Source: Trichoplax sp. H2 (taxonomy: Eukaryota). Taken from it: a stretch of DNA of 64,000 nucleotides. Made by a program: the position numbers and the translations under genes. The stretch's first letter is position 1. Every line of letters starts with the position of its first letter. Positions 36,116 to 48,679 of this stretch are shown here, one piece after another. Under the pieces are notes generated by a model. It was not told the DNA's origin, ran no database searches, and saw nothing but the letters and a program-made list of their open reading frames with translations. The stretch is from NCBI GenBank assembly GCA_003344405.1, contig NOWV01000167.1, forward strand, positions 62,001 through 126,000. The letters run 5' to 3'.

Positions 36116-36999
36116 AGTGGCGATGTACGAAATTAATAAGAAATATGGTCAGATATATTTCAGTTAGCTATATCAGATCCTAAAAGTGATTAGACCATAT
36201 GAAATGGAGTCCATTCAATAACGGATTATATATCGATCGATACATTAATGCACTTAGGAGTTTGTGTCTCGTCTAAAATGTTGTCATTACTAACAATTTC
36301 ATTAATTGGAATCGATTTCCTTCAAATTATCTCCATTGATAATGAACAATATTAATCGAAACCCAGTTGTGACCCACCTCTGCTAATATTCTTCTGGAGT
36401 TACAGGAGGATCATAGCATCGAGAATCAGCGTACCTGATTCATAATTAATCAATTAAATTGATAAGCAATTTATCCAATATTGCATATTAATTGATGTTC
36501 ATGTATGTCTATCAATCGTAGATTTTGTTGTAATAAGTTAGATAATTAGTAAACTGAAGGTAGATCATCCCTAATATCCTTAAGAGATGAACCAAGATTA
36601 AGGAGTAAAATGAAGAATAATCTGAAATACAAGTGCGTTTTTAATATTTTAGAGACACTTTATCGTATTTCATTTTTATTAACCTCACTCTTACCTTTAG
36701 TATTTTATGGATATCATCTATTTGATAATAAAATGGAGTTACTGTTCTAAAATAAGATTTACTTTATAGCTGAAATGATATTAACTCAAAGCTAGAATGA
36801 GCTAAATGGATGGCAGTGGCTGCTTTTTGAAGACGATAGACTAGCCATAATATTACTAAAAATTATCTGCTTTATTTTAACTAGTCAAGTTCCTGTTCAA
36901 ATGAATGGGTATTTAAATATATATTCTACACAAAGCAAGATATTGTAAAGAAATTCGCAGCCAGATTATTTCTTACTATTGTACTCGTATAATGTACGT

Positions 37000-37430
37000 A
37001 TTAGGGGAAATAGTCTATTCTATCCCGATTGAGCAGCTAATGATGACGTAGTCATGATAAAGCAAATAAAGCATGTTACAAGTATTATCTAAAAGGAATT
37101 GTGATATTATGAGAGAGTAATCTATGTTATCCCGATCGAGCAGCGTAGTTGCGATAAAATAATATATGTTATAAATAGTATCTTGAAGGAATTGTAATAT
37201 TATGGGAAATAGTCTATGCTATTCCGACCGAGCAGCAATGGCAACATTAAGCAACTAATAGCAGTATTGTTATACCAAGATTAAAGGATACTGCAAGCAG
37301 TATCTTCAAGGAATTGTATGTAATATGGAGAAAACAGTCTATGCTAACCCAATGAAGCAGTTAATGGTAGCATTGTCATGATTAAATTAAAGCCTGCTCT
37401 AAATAGAATCTTGACTGAATTGCAATACAA
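37000..37430. repeat. Degenerate tandem array, 4 copies of about 92-125 bp
   Basis: AGTCTAT..TATCCCGA..GAGCAG anchors at about 37031, 37138, 37230 and 37355; shared AGTATCTT..AGGAATTGT. Confidence 0.8.
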
Positions 37431-38239
37431 TTTTATAGTGGCAATTTTGACAGCAAAGCCTTACTTTAGTAGATTGTCAAGTACCAAGCGCTATGATTAC
37501 GATTATACTAATTCGCATCATCTTAGAGAAGACTGCCAATCATAGGTACTGTTTATTTAATTATAAGTTATGCATTGAGCATGTAGTTCAATATGCAAGC
37601 TATAGGACAGTAGACTACGAAAGAAGGGGATTAGACCTTGACAAACTAAATCGTGAATTCATACCAAATAGGGCATTGAAAGGATCTATCTTACTGTTCG
37701 GATTATCGCTCTATCACAAGACCAATTTACTCAAGGGTTATACTGGCTTTTTTTTATGATCGAAAATCGACTACCTGACTAGCGTCTTAAAAAGTAAGAT
37801 GGCACCGAATTTACAGTGACCTGCTTGTCCTATTTTGCTTTGTATGAGATGGACTTTGATCAAGCTGTTTATTTGAATAATTGAAGGCGTAAACGATCTA
37901 TAGACATGTGTTTATTTATTCTTACTTATATTAAAAAATCTTGCATGAAAGCTATGATAATAAGCAATGATGGTATGATCCTACTCTTACAAAATCTCTT
38001 ATGACGCAGCTTTGTGGGCATGGTAGCATGTAAAGAACTTTGATTGGTTGACAAGATTAGAATCGCAAATATCATTTTTAAACTCGATTTCAGTGCCAAT
38101 ATTGTGCAATTTTGTATAGTTGAGATATTTTTATTCTCTTGTAATAAAGAAAATCTACTATTATCAGGGCTTTTAGCTTAATTATAATAGTTATCAATCC
38201 TTTCCATAGCATTATTTTAACATTTTTTAAGTTTGTTAG

Positions 38240-38870
38240 TAACATTCAATCGAATGATAATTTTGTACAAGTATGTGAGCGTGATATCGAGCTATATAAC
38301 CTACATGAAATGAACGAAATGCAGCCTAATTTTAAGCAGTATCTAATGATATCACCATCCAAGCGTATAAGTTTGATTTTAAGATATGTAACATACATGG
38401 AATGAACGAATTGTAGGCTAGTAGGCTAAGATGAAGAGTTATAGTACATTAAAATGTGTGGTAAGTTAGAAAATTATTTGTTGCCAATTTTAAGCTTTAT
38501 TTAATGATAATCCTGTCCAAGTGTGTGAGTGTGATTTTGAGCCATATACGATACATGGAATGCAAGAATTGTAGGCTAATTTTAAGCCGTATTTAATAAT
38601 ATTTCTGTCCAAATGTGTGCATTTAATTTTGAGCTATACAACGCACATGGATTGAGTTCGCTGCAAGCTGATTTTAAGCCGTATCTAATGATAATTCTGT
38701 CCAAGTTTGTAAATTTGATTTTGAACTATTAAATACCCATAGAATGAATAAATTATAGGCTAGTAGGCGTTAGTGTTAATGATGAAGTTAATTTGTCTAT
38801 GACAGAGGGTGAAAGTTGCTAGAAGTGAGAAGTAAGTTAGAAGAATTGCTTATTACCAATTTTAAATAGT
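38240..38870. repeat. Tandem array of 92-bp units with a higher-order insert (2 units, insert, 3 units, insert)
   Basis: Unit anchors at 38268, 38360, 38518, 38610 and 38702 (periods 92, 158, 92, 92). The insert TAGGCTAGTAGGC..GTAAGTTAGAA..CCAATTTTAA occurs at about 38414 and 38756. Confidence 0.8.
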
Positions 38871-39112
38871 GTAGTCAAAGCCAAATAGTGGCCAAAACGT
38901 ATTGTGTTTCGTTAATTACTCATTTGCTAAATCTAGTTTTAAATTAAACTGATTACAAGTAACACTAAAGTACAGTATTCTATCGCAGATATTGATAGTA
39001 CTACTCTACACTTTACCGCCAATCCATAGTGAATGATATGCACAGTATTGTAAAAATAAGTAATTATATTGTAATTATAAGGTGAATTAGATGAGCATAT
39101 AATAATTAATAT

Positions 39113-39162
39113 AGGCATTTTGCAAAATACCTAAAGGATTTCAGGTATTTTGCAAAATGCCT
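39113..39162. repeat. Perfect 20-bp inverted repeat with a 10-bp spacer; each arm is itself near-palindromic
   Basis: AGGCATTTTGCAAAATACCT (39113-39132) and AGGTATTTTGCAAAATGCCT (39143-39162) are exact reverse complements. Confidence 0.9.
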
Positions 39163-40169
39163 GATTTCGCAAATTGCCGTTGACAGAGTCATTCTATCAA
39201 GCCCATTTTTCAAGGATTCTAAGTTTTGTGCCATAAATCCATAGAGTCTAAGGGTAAAAATGTATTCTGTTCCGTCCTCAAATTTTTCACTATTTGCCTG
39301 ACTTCGGGTAATTATTATGCATTAGCAAGTAAAGTTGTACTATTACTAATATTCTCATTTTCTGTACCATGCTCCTGCTAATTTTATTACTAGTAAGAAA
39401 TAATCTAGCTGTGAATTTTCGTTTAATGCATAACTTTGTGTAGATATATGTAGATATATGTACCCTTTCATTCGAACGGAAAATTTACTAGTAATTGATA
39501 ATAATACCAACCACAGTATTGAATCGATTGCAATGCATAGACCAACTAACATAACGACAGAAAGTGGAGAAGAGGTTCAAATTTGTATAAAGTTAAATAG
39601 CTTGCTCCTATTCTCTTTATATTATTGAATAAGACATGATGATTAACTACGCGTGATAAAGTACAAAATAATAGTGAAGCAAGAGGAAAAACTTGATTGT
39701 AATACATATTTTTGACCTTGCTAAACAAGTAAGACTAAGTAAATTAATGCTATAGCATTTGTGAGATAAGCGGGTAATTTATTTGAAGAAATATCCATTT
39801 CCTATTTTAAGAGGTGATTAAAATTCAGAGTTGAAGTACAGTGACTATTGTCATTCAATAATACTCAAAACTATTCGATATTGCGGAGAAAAAAGGATGA
39901 AATGACTAAAAGACAGCATCATAGGCAACAGAATGCGATTCTAATTATACCTATTCACACATATAGAATATGCAACCAATAAGATATGTTTTAAACTATG
40001 CTGAAACGAAATAGTAGCTGAAATAAAGATAAAATGAACCCTATTTAAGTTATTAAACTATGTAGAAATGAAACATGAAAGAATGAAGGATAAAATGAAT
40101 AAGGTTACAGGTAGTCAAGCGATCTGGCAAGGAGGCACCGGAAAAAGTTTTAACATAGAGTTCGAATAT

Positions 40170-43100
40170 TTAAATTGTTAGCCACTGTACCAATCCAAAT
40201 ATGAATAACAAAATAGTAGCAGAAATAAGCGGAGTGGAAGGTAAGCTGCTGGAAATAGTACCGGTCGTTACCCATACAGGAGTTGAGCTTGTAGAATAGT
40301 TGCTGTATCTGCCGATTAGTTTGGCCGTTCGAAAGGGATCATCTGTAACTAATCGCTGCACTCCCCATTCCACCATAGCTTTATACATAGGTTCTGCAGC
40401 TTTCAATTGCTGATCTGAAGAACCCATTCTATAAAGAGCCCCAGCACCGAAACTCGGTTGATGACCATATTGCTTTGCCAACGCGGCTAAGGTTGTTTTT
40501 TGCAGATAATTGGGAAACAGATAATCATCAATATCAAAGAAAGCTCCTTGAAAAGATTTCAGGATCGCACCAGTTAATAATAAAAATTCAGTAAATTTGG
40601 GTCCATTAGGCAGAACGCGTAAACATTTGGATAAACTGGTAAAGTTGAGGTATTCCTTTTTACTATCGAAATTGGGAGTAAATTCTCCTCGAAATAAAAA
40701 TCCACCTGTTACTAGGTTAGGATTGAGCTTTTTAATGACCATCGTGTTGTACGTATCGAACGAGAATATAAAAACTTTCGATTCCATATTATATTTAGCA
40801 ATAAGATCCACTAAAGCCTTAGCAACCCTATTAGCATACTCGAAGCGAATACTGTCTTGCTGCGGTGATTTAATCTAGTTTGCCAAAAACAGTCCGATGC
40901 CCAAATGGTTTTCGTAGGAAAATATAAATGATTGGAGAAAAAATACATTGAGATTTTCATTGCTGATCATTTATACGAGTATATAGTATAGAATAAGACT
41001 TGATATTTGTACTTTTATACCACAACCGTATATCATGTATTTCAACCTCTGTGTAAATGATAAAGCTTTCATTTTGAAACTTTTTATAAATATCTTCCAG
41101 GAGTGGAATAGGACGCCGTTTTGAGAATTTGTATCTTCTATTTCCTGTATCAAATGACATTCCCGAATTAATGGTGAATTACAAAATGGTGATATCCGTT
41201 TCTTCAGTACTTTCATCTAATAGCAACGGTAAAATGATATACGGGCATGTAAAGGGTAATAGTAAATACTCTTTCTGGATAGTTAGGCACAGTATAGGAT
41301 GGCAAATTACGCTTTAAATTTTTAGATTCACAAACCGGTAGGAATACTCTAATTATTATATTGCAGTACAGAGACATAGGATCTAAAAAAATGATACAAG
41401 GTATAGTGTGCGAGCTATTCTAATCACTGCAATAACTTTGATAAGGCATTTTCATATGGAAATTATACAGCTAAATTATACATAAAAAGCGTCGATCAAT
41501 GTTCTTTAAAACCTGATGATAGCACGTCGCTTAATAACTATGATAACTACTAGTCAATAAACAATATTTTATAGTAAGCAATAGATATCATCATTTAGCC
41601 TAGGGTAGTCAAAGGTCCCATTATTAGTCAATAAATAACATTTATGGCAATCGATGTCATCGTTTAACCCATCGCAGTAGGTCTAATTCCTGGTCAATAA
41701 CTAACATTTCAAGTAATGGCTGTCATTATTTAGCCTTCTGTAGTAAAAGGAATTATTACTGGTCAATAAATAAATAACATTCAAAGCCATTGATGTTATC
41801 GAATAGCTTACTACAGTAGGTATAATTACTGGTCAATAACTAACATTGAGAGTAGTAGCTATCTTCATTAAGCATTCTTTAGGAAAAGGTCTCATTACCG
41901 GTCAATAAATAACATTGAAAGCAATATCGATATCATCGTTTAACATACTGTAGTAAAAGATCCAATTGCTGGTCAGTAAATTAAAAGCAATCGAGATCAT
42001 TTAGCTTACCGTAGGTAATTTCGTCCGTAACTGTTAGGTTCGAAATTTCATCGTAGGTAGCTTCATAGACATTGATGTTGCGACCAGTCAAACGCTATCG
42101 GATAAGCATTAGAAATATTAAGCTCATTTAGAGGATCATCACTAAAATTTGCAGCTAGAAATAGTTATGAACAGGTTCTAATCTAGCTTTATGCTAGCTC
42201 TCTCCTAGCTCTCTTATTTCAAAATAAATTTGCAAATTTAGATGATCGCTTACTGCAAGATTGCCGTCGAAAATGGTAACCAATTCATCATCTGCAGTTA
42301 AAAAGACATCGAGTTCAAAACCATCGATATAAGTCTTATTTATAAGGCTTTCAAACCCATCCATCGTATTTTCTTGAAAGTGCATTGGATTGCCCCGATG
42401 GCCAATAATGAGTGGTTTCTTCTTAGTATTGAAGATATGATTGGAAGGAATGACTCCAGTAGAATCTGAAATGCAGTTTGGATATTTTTGGCGTGCTCTG
42501 TTAAATTTTCGCAACAATCTACCAACATCATCGGTTATTAGCCTATAACATATAGTTAGATTTATCATTAGACTTCCCTAGTAGCAAAGAAATGGTAAAT
42601 GGTTATATTAATTATCAAGAAGATATTCTTAACTAGTTAGTAATGTTATACCAAAATACGCGTAAGTACTAATTTTGTTTTCTTCAGAACTCAAGAATTC
42701 ATCTGCAGAAATTCTTAGTAAATTATATTACACTAACATAAAGTACTAATTCTGTTTTACTCTTAAATCTAGGATTCATCTACAGACATTCTTGATAAAT
42801 AATGTTACACCAACATAAGCACTAATTCCGTTTTACTCTTAAAGCAAGGAGTTATCTTCAGAAATTCTTAGTAAATAATATATTATACCAACGTAAAGTA
42901 TTAATTCTATTTTACTCTTTAAAGTTAGCAACCATCTCCAGACATTCTTGGTAAATGATGTCATACAGATATAAAGTACTAAATTCGTTTTACTCTTAAA
43001 GCAAGCAATCATTCGAGGTATTCTTAGTGAATAATGTTACACGAATATAAAGCACTAATTCTGTTTTGATCTCATAGCAAAGAATCATCTCTAAAAATAT

Positions 43101-46100
43101 TCTAAGTAGATAATGTTATACCAACATAAAGCTTTAATTCTGTTTTATTCTTAAGCTTAAAAATCATCACGATACATCCTATCCTACAGTAATAGCAAGC
43201 AATTTTTCATTTTATCCTGACTATTATGTCCTATTCCTTACGAATTTTGTTGAAATCCTTCAGCAATGCAAATTTTAGCTACGATTTGTCTTAGAAATGA
43301 CTGTATAAAACGGTGCCAAGTTGTCGATTTCATGTTGTTAGAATCAATTCTATACTTATATATTCGATTCGCATGCAACTATACCCTAGAGATTTGCACA
43401 GACAACGATCAGGCACTACACATATTATAATTTACAGTACCTTTCAACTCCCCATTTGATCATATTGTCAATTTCTTTTTCTTGAGCGTCGATTTGTTTT
43501 ATCGTTTGTGCCATCCTATAGATAGTGTAAGCGCCACCACTAACCTGACCTCCGAATAAAGCTACCATTTGATTTTTAGTTAAATTACTAACTAAAGGAT
43601 TATTATAGATTAGCGAATCCGTAGTAAAGAAAGAGCCATTATAAGTTTTCAAGACTGCGCCTGTTTCAAATAAGAATCTCATAAATTGCAATCGATCAGG
43701 TATGGCTTTGGAGCAAGCTTCTAATCCGGGGAAGGATCCGTATATGGCGTGACTGTCATAATTTACCGCATCGAATTCTTCAGGATAAAAGTAATTACCG
43801 ACCACTAATTCAGGATTGCTCATTTTAGCAGCGCGAACTTTCCAAAAATCGAAAGAATTAGCCACGGATTTATTTTCCAAGTTATACTTTCTAACGATAT
43901 TACCAACAGCAGCACCGATTCTATTAACATAGTCCATATCTGGCTGTTTAACAGGTGTGTCAGGTTTCATCTAAAGTTATCATCAATAGTGGAGTAGAAC
44001 ATGAGATAATTTAGGCGGTGGAGTAAGAACAAGACATTATCGAAGATTGTTTAAATAATTTTATAAAGATTACTAGGGAAATATTGACACTAATGATAGA
44101 GTCTTGATGGAGTAAAATGAAGAGGTCATGGATAAATATAATTCGGCTCAAAGTAGTTGATATTTATCCTTTCTTCTCCGATTATCGAAATTATACTAGG
44201 TACTACCTTATTAAATTATTTTAAGATAGTAGAATCACTGAGTAAAATATGAACATATTCAAACTTGACATGGACATTTTAAAAAGAGATACAATCACAG
44301 TCAAGAATGAGTTAATAAATTGAATTTAAAATTTGGCCAGGTACTATTTTAACACTATTATTTTGAGATAGTAGTACCGCTGTGGTAAGGAAAGAATCAC
44401 AACATAATATATTGATGTATTTATACTGAATAGGAACGTTTAAATTAGGATATAAACACTAGAATTAATAAATTCATAATTGACTTAAAAATTTGGCTTG
44501 TTACTCCCTTACAACATCATCTTAAGATAGTGTAGAATCGTGTTAATAAAAGAAAAATTATAATGTAAAATATTAACGTATTCAAACTTTATATGGACGT
44601 TTTAAAGTGGGATAGAAACACTTGAAATAATAAATTATCGACTCTAAAACTTGAACAGTCAGTGATAAAATCATACTAAATAAGACAAAGCAGTCTGATA
44701 GAAATTGATCCCAGAAGAAATAAGACAACGAGTCATTAGCTTGATATTCATTTTTACTATTCCACATAGATTTTTACCTCAATAAAAATCAGCATACTCT
44801 CATTTTCAAAACGTTTTAGAATATCGTCCAGAAGTGGCAGTGGGCGTGTTTGATTAAATTCATAGACATTATTGCCTGTAGAGAAAATATTTTTGAAATG
44901 AAATAATGGTCATTCAGAGCAATAGAACGATGATATAGAGATACATGATCACAGCACTTATATTACATCATTACTATCATATCAAAATCCATCATCATTC
45001 ACCATATTTTAACTTCTTCTTCAATCTTAATTGGCTGGAGATTTCATCATAGGTCATGTTGTAGATAGTTTTGTCTGTTCCAGTTAAATGCTAGATATCA
45101 CCGAAGAGAATTAAATCAGGTAGATGTCAATTTCTAATTTCTTAAATGATTTACTCTATTCTTTATGTTCTCTTTACTGCATTTATTCTACGCCTGAGTT
45201 GTACTATAATTTGAAAATGGTTACTGGTATCAAAGAGAGAATGATTCTGTAATACTTTGTCTAGACATCTATTTCAATTTATCAGACTAATTTTGAACAT
45301 GAGGAAATCTATTGATTGAAGACTATGCTGCTATAAAGAAATGGCTACTGGATTTGCTAAGGAAAACTGAATACAAGTATAATATTTCTTTCACCATTTG
45401 CCAAGTTAAGCCTACGTACAGTATATAATAGCACTGCTACTTAGCACCATTTCGCATCGTGAGCATATTTTTTTCACCGTTTATGTCCTTAGTTTACTAT
45501 AGCTATCTACCATTAACTTTAGGTGTCAACAATCGTTTATACAATGACAAGAGTTAAAAAATTGACCAATCTTATCATGGCTTCTCCGTCTATGTCTATA
45601 GTTTATTAGAACTATCGATAAATTTAATTACTTAAGGAATCAATGATCGCTTTTTCAGTGAATAGAAGTAACATTAACAAATGTTATGATGGCTAATACT
45701 TTGAGTCATTTTAGATTACACTGAGTACCGGGATTGACCATTTCTGAGTCCGATAAATCTGTAACATGGATGACGATAACGTTCTAGCTTGTCAGAGGAA
45801 CATTGAAAAGATTTGGCTATCATTTTAAATGCTTGCTTTAATTTCATGAACAATATACACCGTTAGGTTCAACACAAATTGAAACTGGATTCTTAGTGTA
45901 ATGCCTCCTCAGGCTGCTATAAGTTTAAACATCCTGATCTTTTAAAACATTTCAATGTATTGTGCATCCAGTAAAGCTCAAAACGAATCTTTTTCAGTTA
46001 CCTCAGTGTTTGGCTCGTGGAACAAAACTAATTTGTCATCTTTAGTCAAGAAAACATCCAATTCGAAGCCATCAGCGTTGGTATCTAATAAACTTACGAA

Positions 46101-46322
46101 ACCATCATATGTATTTTCTTGAAAAATACGAGGATTACCACGGTGGCCAATAATTAATGGAGGTACTTTCTGACGGAGGATATGCTCAGCTGGTATAGGC
46201 TGAATATGTCCACTTTTATCCGTACAATTAGGCCACTGTGTTTGAGCTGAAACTGAACTTAAAAGAACCACAACAAGTATCCCAGCGTAGTTCCACATTT
46301 TATTTCGGTTCATATCTGCCAT
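40170..46322 (-). CDS. Double-domain glycerophosphodiester phosphodiesterase (GDPD), secreted and GPI-anchor-like, paralogue B (about 737 aa)
   Basis: Eight exons: 46322-46002, 45090-45003, 44875-44778, 43970-43441, 42542-42254, 42094-42010, 41144-41047, 40874-40170. They total 2214 nt in frame. Internal exon sizes 88/98/530/289/85/98 are identical to paralogue A. Same GDPD motifs, signal peptide, S/T-rich stalk and hydrophobic C-terminal tail. Confidence 0.92.
41540..42005. repeat. Degenerate tandem array, 7 copies of about 70 bp (intron 6 of GDPD B)
   Basis: GTCAATAA-like anchors at 41553, 41627, 41693, 41762, 41832, 41901 and 41972. Confidence 0.88.
42620..43170. repeat. Degenerate tandem array, 7 copies of about 78 bp (intron 4 of GDPD B)
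   Basis: ACTAATT..GTTTTACTCTTAAA anchors at about 42668, 42745, 42821, 42900, 42978, 43054 and 43133; shared ATTCTTAGTAAATAATGTTA. Confidence 0.88.
44195..44635. repeat. Degenerate tandem array, about 3 copies of about 150 bp (intron 3 of GDPD B)
   Basis: AGATAGT anchors at 44224, 44367 and 44525; TATTCAAACTT..ATGGAC.TTTTAAA and AAAATTTGGC blocks recur. Confidence 0.65.
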
Positions 46323-46779
46323 TTGGTAATTTTGCTAAGAACAAAATCAAATTCAAAATGCCAAAATGGAATGTGCAATAATACCTTTGAACACGACTAA
46401 TTATATCATTTAGTGGGGTACCATGGTGGTAAAGTCTTTTAGGATTGGTCTATCATGATTCGTGAACTTCTTTTCCAGTATTCAAACCATACATGGCATC
46501 CTACTGGAGAGTGATAAACAAATTCTATACCATGCTTATTATTATCCTATTATTTCTTTAGATCTGATATGAATAAAGGTTACTTTTATGTTTCAAGGCT
46601 TTTTCTATAATGCACCGCCGAATCTATTATGCCCATTAAGCTAATAACGTGATCAAATTATTCAAATGCTCTTAATATCGGATAATAGGCAGTATCTACC
46701 AAAAGAATAAGTCAAAAATAAGTTTCTAACTAACGAATGACAGTACTTGTGAGCAGCTATAAGGCATATTGCAAGTTAT

Positions 46780-46940
46780 CCTAATATCTGATGACTGTAT
46801 TTGGTACAAGATTGTTTTTGTATCAACATGTTGCTGCTATAAAAATTAGCTTCGTTTTCTGAATAAATCATTTACTGAACTTTTAATGCATAACTATCTG
46901 ATGACTGTACGAGTATAAGATCTTGATCAACATGTTACCG
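46780..46940. repeat. Short degenerate duplication (period about 111 bp), with a further partial copy near 47505-47555
   Basis: TATCTGATGACTGTA at about 46785 and 46896, and ATCAACATGTT twice. TATAAAAAT..GCTTCGTTTT..TCATTT.CTGAACTTT at about 46838 and 47508. Confidence 0.65.
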
Positions 46941-48679
46941 TTTGTCACGATGTTGATTCTTGTTATGTGTAAATTAATTCTAGTTGGAAGTGCTAATGGA
47001 CGATGACATGATTATGTTTATGATATTGAATTTAACACCAACCATATTATCTATCCAGTTATTGTTAATTTTAGTCTCTTAAATGATTTAGTGGTGCTGA
47101 TTCTCTAGGTCTTAATTAATCGTTAATTGATTTATATTAATTAAGGTTGTTTACTGTTAGATTCTATAGTATATTATATTATAAATTTATCTCTCATTCT
47201 AATATTAATGTAAGTAAATTATACAACCGGCATATTTCAACAATGCCCCATTCGTTTAAGGCAAATGTACGTAAGCCAGTGTAGCGAATTAGTTGATTAG
47301 TTGCTATTTCTTTGTTGTACGATAAGGTCTATACTTTTCGGGTACTCTTAGAATAAAACTCATTCAGTTAAAGAACCTTCTAGCCACTTATAATACTTGC
47401 GAGTCTGTAGTTGGTCAAACTCGTGGTATTTCTCCTTAGTTAGTAAGATTCCTGAAGTAGCTAGTAGCCAAGTTTGGACGATCACAAAGACGACGTTGTG
47501 ACACTGTTATAAAAATCGGCTTCGTTTTATAAATTCTTCATTTGCTGAACTTTCACACTCGTAGAACATTCCTTATAGCATTGGCTATGGTTCACGAAAT
47601 GAATTGGAAAGAAATTTTATTTTATTGTGCATTCTATAGAACTAAAGCGACATAGCAGTTTAATTAACAGAATGACAATAAATTTTGATACTAGACATGG
47701 TTACTCTTAATATGCCCAAAATGAATGATGCCTTATTGTGGAATGGTACTTATGAGGTAATCGAGCCAAATCGAATCGATTGAATCATGGAAAAGATGGA
47801 ACTACTGTTATGTTTAAGCTAGAATTAGCTATTTAGGCTTGATAGAATCCAGACGGCTATCTATCTGGCCGCTAGAAAATCATTTATTTATTATTTTATT
47901 ATGCATGCGTATTTCAATAACAATTCGGCGTCGGAGAGCTATTGCACCTACATTGCATGATATTTGTTGGTATGAATGGTTTATTTGCATTTCCTATAAA
48001 TAATATTGAATCCCTTATTATATAAAGAAGAATAAACGAGTTGGACGTAGACTGTGATTATAAATATTCCTAAAACGTGTTACTCAGCCACGATAATGTT
48101 GAAAGATCAAAGACGGCGAATAGTTTTGATCTTAAAGTATTATAAATATTGACCATAAATTTGAAAATACATCTCGTTTCCACGATTCAAGATTCTTATG
48201 ATAATATCAAGGTAGAACGATGCAAATTTTATTATAATTGCCAATTAATTTTAATTACAGCTATCTAGTTCGATTGCAAAATAATCTAATGTATTCCTAT
48301 GACTGTAGTTTTACTTTTTTAAGCAATAACCACCATCAAACTACTGCTTAGAGTAATTATCAACTATTTTAAAATGAACTGTGCTCAATTTAAGGGCATT
48401 TTGACTGAAATATTGGAATATTATCGGTAAAATGGAGAAATATAACACAATATTTCATGGTGCTAAAGTCAAAACATGAGTTAAGAACGATAAACATGAG
48501 CGTGAATCTTGGACATTCCTTGTTCTAGAATCCATGGCGTACGGAAACTTGTTTTAGACAACTGTTGGGGATTTTGGAAAGATCACACCAACAATTTTTA
48601 GGTATATAATATAATATTTAGGTTATGTCGAAAGCTGAAACGACAATGCAGCTTTTAAACTGAGCGTAATATAGTACTA

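Noticed and set aside
37493-37759. 88-aa ORF between the GDPD genes
   Set aside because: No recognisable domain or supporting exon chain.
35570-43170. Regularly spaced repeats resembling CRISPR arrays
   Set aside because: Whole units are homologous and degenerate, with no invariant repeat plus unique spacer pattern. The context is eukaryotic with introns, and there are no cas genes.
22374-46322. Four separate single-domain GDPD genes, or sphingomyelinase-D-like toxins
   Set aside because: Exon 4 ends in a phase-2 donor that joins exon 5 in frame (GVDR/GVER-LI), and domain 2 has no signal peptide. The motifs are canonical GHRG-type GDPD.
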